Shown piece by piece: positions 42,810 to 53,443 of a stretch of 64,000 bases of DNA. Within the stretch, counting starts at the first letter, position 1; each line of letters opens with the position of its first letter. The DNA is from Chrysomallon squamiferum (Eukaryota > Animalia > Mollusca): contig CM022669.1 of NCBI GenBank assembly GCA_012295275.1, positions 19,515,038 to 19,579,037 of the forward strand. Direction: 5' to 3'. A program made the translations under genes and the position numbers. The notes beneath the pieces are model-generated. The model saw only the letters and a program-made list of their open reading frames with translations, searched no databases and was not told the origin of the DNA.

Positions 42810-43063
42810 GTGATTTTTAAATATTTTTTAATTTATTATTATTATTATTTTTTTTTTTTTTACAATGAACAGAAGCTGAATATGCAGATACACAAAAGAA
42901 AACTATCATACCACTTCAGATGGAGACAGGTTACAAACCTGATGGTTGGCTTGGAATTATCATAGGAGCTAAACTATTTTATGACTTCAGTGGCAAATAT
43001 TCATTTGATGAAAAAATAAAGGGCCTCATAAAGGAGCTTGGAAGTAGTGGAAAAACTTGTTGA
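37252..43063 (+). CDS. RanBP2/NZF-like zinc finger + TIR_2-type domain protein, 212 aa, apparently intact
   Basis: Exons 37252-37261 (ATG GCT TCA G|GTAAG), 40476-40661, 41094-41185, 41658-41817, 42873-43063 total 639 nt in one open frame: MASDRECSLCGYKNNSENATNCFRCG...HIMISYAWTDQKKVIPIKEALKKANYHVWMDVDNMKGSTLQAMAEAVEKAAVVLVCMSSGYRKSDNCKKEAEYADTQKKTIIPLQMETGYKPDGWLGIIIGAKLFYDFSGK...KTC*. AATAAA near 43357. The exon-1 link across a 3.2-kb intron is inferred from phase and from conservation in the duplicate. Confidence 0.85.
42050..42640 (-). mobile_element. BEL/Pao LTR-retrotransposon integrase remnant in TIR intron 4 (unit A)
   Basis: Broken minus-strand translation gives HNIVGHMG, ADLPND, TGVDYF/GPFMIK, IFICLAIH and WIFNPS, matching Pao integrase motifs in order. 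Confidence 0.75.
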
Positions 43064-44100
43064 TTTTGCTGGCAGCTTTTTCAGTTACACAGTGTAAGGA
43101 TTAATTCATCTTTCTTTTTTACACAGACTCAAAAATTAAATCATGTAATATTGTAATGAGTGATGTGAGTAACACTTACACCACACAACAGTTTTGCCAC
43201 CTAAACAGAAATAATGAATGTGTGTCAGCTGTTTACTGAGAAAATACTGTGTGTATCAATCATGATTATTTCTTAATATATTTCCATGTGAAAATTAATA
43301 AATGTGAGTTATTATAAATTGTAACCACTTTTACTTAAAGTTATACCAAGACATTTAATAAAATGTGTGCTAGCATATTCAAAATAAATGAAAATACAAA
43401 AGTAAAATGTAATAATTGTCTTGTCTTTAATATTTAACATCTTAATTATTATTTTTAGTAAATATATTGAAGTGAAAGTAACAAGCCTAAACTAATTAAT
43501 TACCGATCTGAGCTGATCTGTACCTCATATAAGTGAAACCATTATTAACCAAATATAAAAATGTTTACTTTCACTAACAGTTATTTAAGGTCCTGTCATG
43601 TCAAGGGCCAAAGTGGCATCCTTGATCACTCAGAATGTTCCTTAAATTCGAGTTAGCAGTTGCTATATATGGTCATGTCACATGACCATACGATATGCTA
43701 ACGAAAGCTCCCGGTATGAGGCAATCATCTTAGCCTATGTTGCTAGGACTTGCCCCTTTCGATTACTTTTACGAACCACTTACTTTAAAAATATTAAATA
43801 CTGACCAGTGACCTTTATAAAATAGGAAACAATGGTTATTATTTCTCTATTCTACAGACTTCCCAACCTAAAACTTTGCCATCCTCAGCAACACAAAAAG
43901 GTTTAATAATATTTTTAGTTTACATAGTAAAATCTCTCATATATCTCTGTCTCTCACAATTCGAAGAGCCTAAATGTTTTTTACAACCTTTTTATTACAT
44001 AAATAATAATAATAATAAAATAATAATTAAATAATAATTAAATACTTTTTTTAAAAAGTATAAAATTATATGTCTTAGATATGTAAATACTATGATATAC

Positions 44101-44333
44101 CTCTTAACTGCGTATCAGTAGGCAAACTGCCTTCGCGTGGCTGAAGTTCACTTCCAGTGATTGGTTAACAGTGGTTTGTCGGTATTGATCAAGGATATCG
44201 AAATCGACAACGTTTCATCTTCGTCACTGACTCAGCCAATACATCAGTACATGTACACGAAATATCTGCTTAACTGTATCATCATCATCACTATCCTGAC
44301 TTTCATCACTGGAATCATATGCTACCAGTGATA
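44101..44333 (-). pseudogene. Orphan copy of PRCC exon 1 (start codon lost)
   Basis: Homologous to 35190-35412. ATG TCA CTG GTA has become TTA TCA CTG GTA. The donor is retained but no other PRCC exons were duplicated. Confidence 0.88.
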
Positions 44334-45289
44334 ATGTAAATTGTAAAACAAACGATAAATGTATGAACAAACTAAATGTACGTTTTTTCTCAATACACTG
44401 ATTATATTTTATTGAGGCGCAACGTAAATAGTTTAGTATTACTAGTATATTTCGATTATTGTTGTAAATCCCCTTTTTGAAGCTGGGTAACCCATTTTTA
44501 TTCCGTGTACGAATATGCGATCATTCGTGTCAGTGTATGCGCGCGAGAGGTACGAATGGTAGTGTGTTACTATGTTTAGTTTCATGTTTTATGCCCGCTG
44601 AGAAAAAGTGAAATTCTGGTATATAGCACCTGGTCCACTATTTTTAGGATAAAAACAATTTAATGCATGATGTGGATTTGATAACTTAACTCTACTTTCA
44701 CACAATTTCAAAATTATATTGAAGCGTTCACTTTGAACTGTTATTGTATATTTTTAACTGGACTGCACTGTTAGATTTTCTCTGGTAGTGAACCGATCAC
44801 TTTTCTATGATTTTCAAAATTTCGAATATAATGAAAATGTTTTGGCCGTATGTTATTCCATTTTTAATAATTTATAGAACCTATAATGTATTAATTCTTA
44901 TTGTTGTTTTGTTGTTGTTGTTGTTGTTATTATTATTATTAACATATTATGTCTTTCAACACTTTTTGTTAAAATAATTACATTAATTTACAAGTTACAA
45001 ATGTATAATTTATGCGTTTCTGTTATTTGTGATTTTAAACAGTAACAGAAATGTATTGTTAAAAATATTTATAATTATGTTTGCTTTTCCTTAATTTACA
45101 TACAATTTTCCAATGATTTATTAAAACTGGTGTAAACATTAAAATAACAACAACAATCCTTGATCAGTCGAAGAAAACGTGTTGAGTTGAACAGACTAAA
45201 TGCATTTTTCGACCATTTAAATTAGAGAAATTAAAAATCAAAAAACAAAAACAATAACTTACCCGAATGTAAGAAAGGCCGAACAACAA

Positions 45290-45299
45290 CCACAATAAC

Positions 45300-45334
<35 letters not shown>

Positions 45335-45371
45335 GAAGAAGAAGAAGAAGAAGAAGAATAGTAATAATAAC

Positions 45372-45437
<66 letters not shown>

Positions 45438-45438
45438 A

Positions 45439-45470
<32 letters not shown>
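45290..45470. repeat. Compound (AAT)n/(AAG)n microsatellite, itself duplicated
   Basis: Alternating AAT and AAG tracts. Confidence 0.9.
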
Positions 45471-45473
<3 letters not shown>

Positions 45474-48400
45474 CATTCTCATAAGAATTAATTATTATCA
45501 CCTGTTTTTCTTCCCTCCCACTAAGGCTCATCACTTATTTACTTATGACTTAAAATAAATCCTGTTCTACTATTATTTACTGCTATAGCGACATTGACAT
45601 AAGGATGTGTACACTATCGGTTACTCGGCAATTAAGAAGTTTGAACATAGTAACGCAAATATTTACTGGTTCCGGTTTAGCAATGACACACTGTCCTTAA
45701 CTTTTATGTTTGTGATTATTTCTTTTAAGAAACAATATCAGTACTGTTGAAAAATTTACAGTCGTAACAGTTAAAGGATTGCGAAACTGAGTTCATTTTA
45801 TTACATGGCTTCGGGTAAGAAAACCTTTTAAATTGAATACGTATCTTCCGATGCTAAAATATTTTAAATTTTATTTTATACGTCATATATATTTGTAAAT
45901 GACAGTTATTACATTATTCATATATTCATAAAAAACGAATTAATTAATTAATCCAGATGGTTAGGAAAAATAAAAGTTTCTCCAAAACAAAAATATGTTC
46001 TCAAATAATTCATTCACTTTTTCGTTGCAAGTGAAGGTCATATTTTTCTAACATTCCACTACATCAGAATTTTCTAGAGACTCGTTCTCTTTGGTCAAAA
46101 GATCTGTCAGCAGCAATCCACTGCATTCAAGAAACGTTGTAAATAAAAAATTGTGAATTTTTTTGAGAAAGTCATCTTTATTTTCATCCACCCAACATAC
46201 CCAGGGGGAGAAAGAATAATTATTATTTGTATGACAAGATATATATTTAAAGTGCTTTAATAATTTTTTCATAAATCAGGACATTCAGGCCTGTAGCCTA
46301 TTTGCAGTCAGCTCTTTCAAAATGTCTGACTTGATAAAGTTGGATAATAATCTGGTAGCCAGGTGTTTCTGTTCATCACGAAGTTTGCCCATAATAGTGC
46401 CTTTACGCTGAGACGTGATCCCCCGTTTCTTTAGATGACATAAAACTAAGGAAAAAAACGAAAAAACACAAAATAAAACCCATAACCCCAGCTTATCATT
46501 TATATATGCATTGCAATGGAGACCGGGACAGGTTGAGTTACGTGTAGGCATTTTAACCTCTAATTCAAATACAGATCGAGAAAGAAAATCTTATAGTGGA
46601 GTAAATGAAACTTTCATGATTTAGGAGCAATTACAAATGTTTGAAATTCTCGTTTAATCATTAATGGTTAAAGACAAACACCCAAACTGGCATGTTGGGT
46701 CATCTTAATGTCGTCTTAGGGCAGTGTAACGTGTATAAAAATAAGCACAAAATTTGGAATTTATTTCAAAGTAACTTGGAAATCAAGTGATAAACATTTG
46801 AATCAAAACCAACAACAATAAAATCGTATAATGAAGATAAAAGAAAATGTGCATTGTCACTCGATAATTTGGTACAAAGGCATGAGTGTAACTTTTCTCT
46901 CTTTTTTTTCTCCACATATGATGGCTCTGTTAGACTGGAAAACAGTTTTTAATGTAAAATATACACGAAAATAAATTTAAAACATAATGGCTTTATGGCG
47001 GTCGGGTGAGCGTTGATACATTTAAGACAGTGTATTTTACACACAATAAATATATAGAAAAACAAAATCAAAGGGTACAAGCATAGCCAGAGCTACAGCT
47101 TGTTATAAGATATATCTTGACGATTTACATCCTATTTTCTTCAAGCTGTAAGAGATCGAACCAAGGAATGAATCTGGAAAAACTTAAACAGCATCTCTAT
47201 GTTAAATGCTTGAAATCTGTGCATTTTCATGCTTCTGTTTGTGAATTTGTAAAAGATACGAGCTTGAGAATCCGGACACACACACACAAACATATAAATT
47301 TTAATTTTTTTTAAATTTTCTCTGGCTGGAAATGTATTCTTTGTGCATACACAGATAATTTTGAAAAGACGACAAAATGTTTCCGTTGTGGACAAATTAA
47401 TTTCTCTGTGACATCAAACGAATCTGACACTGAAATTTATGATTTATGGGCGATGCTGCATCGACACTCTTCTAAGAATTCAAGTAGTTTATAGTAGTCA
47501 TTGTAGATTGTAGCCGCTGTAGCAGTAGTAGTAAAAGTCTATATCTTATGAGTAGTAGTAGTAGTAATTGTAGTAGCAGTAGTGGTAATAGAAGTAGTAG
47601 TAGTAGCAATATCTGTTGATAATTACTTGTGGTTATTGCAGTAGTAATGGTTCTAACAGTAATAATAGTAGTAGAAGTAGTGGTAATGGTATATGCTATA
47701 GTAATAGTAGTAGTAGCAGTAGTGGTAAAAGTATTAATAGTAAAAATAGAGGTGGTAGTAGAGGTAGGTCTAGAAGTAGCAGAGGTAGTAGTACTAATAG
47801 ATGTAGTTGCAATAGTAAGAGCTGAAGTAACAGATAAACAAATATTTTTGAAACTATATTTTGTAATAATAAATAAATCAATAAATCAATAAATCAATAA
47901 ATAATAATAATAATCAAAATAATAACAACAACAACAACAACAACAATAGAAACAAGCATAATCAAATTAATAATAATAAGTTTGGAAGCTAATATAAAAA
48001 AGTACTGATGGTAATTGCAAGATATTTGTATTAGTAAATTACTTATGACCTATATTGTTTTAACGTTTAATCCAGAGGCTCAGAAAATGACTGCTACACC
48101 AGAAAAGAAACCCACAAGGCTCATTATGATAAGCTATGCATGGGATGATAAAAAGAAGGTCATACAGGTAAAAAACATAAAAAATATATGCTTGAATATG
48201 TGTATACCTGAGAGACCATGTTTACGTGTGTGTATATCTATGTATGTATATAGATTTTTTCTTCATTTTGTTTTTGAGTACATTGATATTATCCATATAT
48301 GAAGATGTTACATAAATCTATGTATATTTGTATGCGTGTGTGTCTGTATGTGTGTATATGCCTATTTATATCTGTATGTTTATTGACATGAATGCTTGGC

Positions 48401-48904
48401 TGTGAACAACACATTCAATTATTTATTGCTTTTATTGAATTATTTACTTCAGCTTACTGAAGAAATGTATCTGTTCTTTACTAAAACCTCTTTTTTTTCT
48501 AAGTAGTCTGCTTTATAAAAGATATTTAAAAATAGTTAATTTTCCTGTTATAATACAATATTTAAATTTAAACTATTTCAGTTTTCAATTTAAAGATTAT
48601 TTATATTGATGGAAGCTTGTACACACAAAATGTTAAAATTTGTTATTTTATAATCAGAGCTATGTACTCTTGTTTGCTTCTCAGGTAAAAGAGGCTCTGA
48701 AGAGAGCTAATTTCCATGTGTGGATGGATAGGACAACAAGAATGGATCCTCTGTAGAGGCAATGGCAGAAGCTGTTGAAAACGCTGCTGTGGTTCTTATG
48801 TGTATGTCACGCAGCTACAAGGGAAGTGGTAACTGTAAACGAGGTTAGTAGTAGTGGTGACTATGCTGGTAGCATTAATAGTAGTAGTAGCAACAGTAGT
48901 AGCA

Positions 48905-49045
48905 GTAATGGTAGTGAGGTAGTAGTGGTGGCAGCAGCAGTAGTTGTAGTAGTAGTGGTGGCAGCAGCAGTAGTTGTAGTAGTAGTGGTGGCAGCAGCAG
49001 TAGTTGTAGTAGTAGTGGTGGCAGCAGTAGTATTATTAGTAGTAG
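48905..49045. repeat. 30-bp GTA/GCA-rich tandem repeat
   Basis: GTAGTAGTGGTGGCAGCAGCAGTAGTTGTA repeated about 4 times. Confidence 0.85.
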
Positions 49046-49129
49046 TGGGGCACAACATCAATTCATCTTCATATAATTCTTTAAATTAGATTGATGTTTT
49101 TATCACACCTACATGATTGTGAAAATGAA

Positions 49130-51690
49130 ACCATTTTTTCTCTCTTATTGCGATAAAATATATTCTCTAGAGCACTGTTTGGAGAATAAACCAGCACGAT
49201 ACTGACTTTGTCTCTATTTTCCTTTCACTCAATTATCAATTGCTTGAAATAATCTCAGATGAAACCTTCATGGCCAAACCGTATTACTTATTGTTGAAGT
49301 ATTCCATAAAAATGTTCTGTGACATATTGTATCATCCTTTTCCCTACACCTGCATGGTGGGATTCACAGGAAGCATTAAAAATCCACTGTGTATTCTTTT
49401 CCAGCACCATGAACATCTAAATATATAAATATATCAACAAAGTATCTTACTACACTGCATCCTTTTTTTTATCATAAAATTTCCAAAAATAATCCACATC
49501 CGCTCTAGTGAATGGTGGTTGATCGGGCAGCAATCAATAATCAGGAAGATTTGCCATTTTCTTTTCTTTTGCTTAACTCTGAATTCGTGAGACACTGCAT
49601 ATTTGTAAACAATTTGCTTGGCTAATGTTCCTTCACCTTCTTTACAATGCGTTTATCTTTTATGTGCCAGCACTGTGTTTTTTTCCCATATGATCCACAA
49701 TGTTACGTCTGTACAAATGATGACGCACAAGAATCTTTTGTTAAACAGATTTGTTCATTCAAAATTTAAGATTGTCTTTAGCTATTACCAACCAACAAAT
49801 TATCGTTTTGAGTGTTGTCCATGAAGAAAAATAATTAACAAATGTGTCCATAGTTCCTGATTATTTATTTACCACAGATACACTTACACTTCCTTATCAT
49901 TAGCAATGAATGTAAGAAATTTCTTCAGCTTTATACCAAAATCAATTGTTTTCCTGAGAAAGGGAGGCCCTTGAAACGAAAACTGTGTATAAAGGACCGC
50001 TTCAAGTTTTACCCAAATTGAAGCTGCATAGCATCTATCAGTTCTATTCCTGGTATAATTACTATCTTTTTAGAGATGCAGTTGTTTCTTTTTTCGTGCA
50101 AGTGAATAATGAATGCCACCACATTCAATCAATAAATGCAGATAAGCTATCAGATCATAACCCTTACAACTAGCATAAGAACGTGTGTAATTCAAAGGAA
50201 ATGACCTTACCAAAGATGTCTGTGTGTAACATCTATGGAATTCCACATTATCGGTCTCTGCTAGATCTTCTGTCCAGTGATGCCAGTTCACAAGATTAAT
50301 ACCTGTAATCCCTTCACCCCTAATTATTATTACCATCATCTTTCCTTCATTCTGGAACATCAAAGTGTATTGATTGGCGAACTATCACATCCAATCACTT
50401 CAATTGTTGAGTTTCCTAAGCAGCAAGAATGTCAGTTCTTTCTATGGAAGAGTGCAAATGCTCTTCATTCAGTATATAGTTGGAACCAAGGATAACATTC
50501 CACAACATCCAACCAACGTGTGAATTAGTAGCATGTCGACTATACATAGCTCTTATTTTACTTCAATTAGTGAGTAGGTATCTGGAGCATTAATACCTAT
50601 GACCATGCCTACATCTCTCCGTCTCTCTGGCAACTCAACTTCATGAAGATAAGTCTAACAAGAAATGTCTTTCATCAAAGGAATATGACGTGTAGTAACA
50701 GATATTTTATGTTTTATTTACAGCTTGGACAAACTCACAACATTTTCACAGCTTCGATTACAAATCTCAGTTGTTCCTGTAGCTTAAGTGGTCACCCATT
50801 GTATTGAGTGTAACTTTTAACTGTTTATCATTATCGCCAAATTTAGTCATTTTGTCTTTGATAAGGAAACGAGCATTTGTATTTAAACTGTTTTAACTTT
50901 AACAGGAATAATGGCCCTTATATCGCTGGTAAGATAGCCATAATATGCTGTCGTAATAGCATTTAGCTTTGAATCTTCCTTTCTTTTAATGTCCACACGA
51001 GAAATGGTCTGATGTTTTCCTTTACAAATAGAACATTCAGTATGAGTTTTACAGTTTTTGTTACATGTGGACAGGTTTAAAACATCTAAAACATACACCT
51101 ATTTATTTAAAAAATCCCTCTGGTTTTTAACGGTAAGTGCTATAAATTTGTCACATTCACTGAGAAAATGTAATGAATCATACAGAAGTCATCTGATATT
51201 CCCCCACTTATCACGAAGGTAGAAATGTAACTTCATCACCGACATTTTCACGCTGTCTGTATATTCAAACAGATTCAAGACTTTAGAGTCTCTACATTTG
51301 AGTGTATTATCACAATCAATCAATAGTATCCCAAAGTCATCCATTTCTTTTTAAGCCCAGAAACTTGTTCATTATTGTCTTCAGTAAAATAATTAACCTC
51401 CAGTACTTTTAATGCTGATGGTTTGCCCTGTTCTGCATCGAAGTGATTCTAAGCTTGGTGTACTTTGTTAACATTTCCAGACGTGTACTGTTCTGGATAA
51501 CTCATCCTCTCATCAACAGTGTGTGTGTTGTTAACCGCTAGTACTAACACATGAACCGTTTTTTGTAAGGCAGTGAATCACCACCACAGTTAACTATTTC
51601 TTGAGTTGGTCGTTTTTTTTTAACAAAATTAATGCACAACTGACAGATTATATAATTGTTGTTCTGTTTACAAGTTTCCTTTCTGTCAGC
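49130..51690 (-). mobile_element. Degenerate, internally deleted BEL/Pao LTR retrotransposon in TIR intron 4 (unit B)
   Basis: Minus-strand fragments in gag-pol order: HFLSECDKFIAL...CFRC...CSICKGKHQT (gag knuckles, ~51170-51000), IIPVKV and DVGMVIGINAP (protease region), FQGPPFL and KFLTFIAN, KMANLPD..LPDQPPFT..DVDYF, WIFNASCESHHAGVGKRMI (integrase). Many stops and frameshifts; no RT core or LTRs recognised. Confidence 0.8.
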
Positions 51691-51816
51691 CATTTTAGTA
51701 TTAATAGTAGTAATGGTAGTAGAGGGGTAGAAATTGTGGCAGTGATGGTTATAGTAGAAGAATCATAGTGTTATTATTAATAGTAAGAGTAGTAATATTA
51801 TTATTATTGTTCTTGC

Positions 51817-51875
<59 letters not shown>

Positions 51876-53443
51876 TTAGATAAAGGGAAACTGAACATGC
51901 AGTTTCACTGAAGAAAAATATTATGCCGCTTCTGACAGAGAGAGGCTACTTCTGATCTGATAGTAAGTAGTAGTAGTACATAACTGCAGTAGTAATGGTA
52001 CTGGCTGTTCTAGTAATAATTGTTGCAATTAGTGTAGTACTTATTTATTTTCTTAAACACTAGAGTAGTATTAAAAATAATAATAACAGTAATAAAAAAA
52101 ATAATGACAATAACAATAAAAACAACAAGAACAAAATGTTTACGGGTTACACTTGTGACGTTTTTTATTTTATTTACTTATTTACAATGAACAGAAGCAG
52201 AATATGCAGCTAAACGAAAGAAAGTTATCATACGACTTCTGATGGAGAAAGGTTTCAAACCTGATGGTTGGCTGGGAATGATCAAGGAGGCTCAATTCTG
52301 TTTTGAATTCAGTGGCAAATATCCAAAAATACAGCAACTCATAAAGGAGCTTGGAAGTAGAGGTAAAACTTATTGTACTTATTATTCATATTTATGTTGT
52401 AAATATAAATATAATATCACTGAAACATTTATAGAAAAGAATATCATTAATATACAAATACTAGCATATGTAAATTAGCATTTACACATAAATATAAAGC
52501 ATATGCAATATTGTAAGTAGTGATGTCAGTATCTCCTACACCACACTGACATTGTCGCCACCTGAACAGAAATAATAAATATGTGTCAGGTGCGTTTACT
52601 GAGAAAATACTCTGTGTATCATATTTATTTCAGTGTGAAAACTAACACAGATGACGTTAATGGTTATAAATTGTAACCATTGTTACTTAAAGCTATGCGA
52701 AGACGGAATAAATTGTGCACCAGCATATTGAAAATAAATGAAAGCCCATACAACTGGGCAGTAAAATATAATTATTATCTCATCTTTAATACATAACATC
52801 TTAACTTTAAAATGAAAGCAATATGCGTAAATTAATTACTGATCTCAGATGATCTGTTGCACATTATGAGTTATAGTATTAATCAAATATAAAAAGTCTT
52901 ACCTTCACTAACAATTATTTATGATCCTGTCATGTCAAGGGTCAGAGTGGAATCTTTGCTTAAATTCTAGACAGCAGTTGCCATATGTGGTCATGTCACA
53001 TGTCATCTTAACCTATAATGCTAAGACTTTAAGAAAGTTTCATACAGGAGGCAGTCATCTTTTAATCTCTTGCTAGCACTTGCTCCCTTTTGATTACTTT
53101 TATGAAGTAATTAGTTTAAAAACCTTAAATGCTGACCTTTATGGAATAGGAAACACACATACACATATATATACTCATATACATGCACACATATACACAG
53201 ACTTACACAAACACAAACACATCGAGACATTGAATCCTTTTAATTTAGTATGATTCATTATTTATTTATTTATTTATATTTATGTTTATGTTTTGTTTTT
53301 GCTTTTTTGTTGATTAGTTTTTGTTATTTTTATTTTTAAATATTTTACTTTATTAGATATGTAATTATTTTATTTTTTTTAATTTATTTTTTTATTTTTT
53401 TTATTTTTTATATTTTTATATTTTTATATATTATTTTTTCTAG

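Larger units (their letters stand above)
35140..43835 (+). repeat. Segmental duplication unit A (PRCC exon 1 + intergenic promoter region + ZnF-TIR gene + 3' flank)
   Basis: Colinear blocks shared with 44065-53155 from the PRCC exon-1 donor to AATAGGAAACA (43822 vs 53144); much of intron 1 differs between the units. Confidence 0.9.
45805..52478 (+). pseudogene. Decayed copy of the ZnF-TIR gene
   Basis: Leader 45805-45814 (ATG GCT TCG G|GTAAG) is intact. The ZnF exon at ~47322-47480 (WKCILCAYTDNFEKTTKCFRCG) lacks its AG acceptor (CTCTGG) and its donor. Exon 48076-48167 is intact. Exon 48685-48843 is 159 nt versus 160 nt in copy A: a 1-nt deletion after WMD leads to TAG. The last exon starts at 52195, has a small in-frame deletion and has lost the original stop. 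Confidence 0.8.
44065..53155 (+). repeat. Segmental duplication unit B
   Basis: Diverged tandem copy of 35140-43835 with the same block order. Confidence 0.9.
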
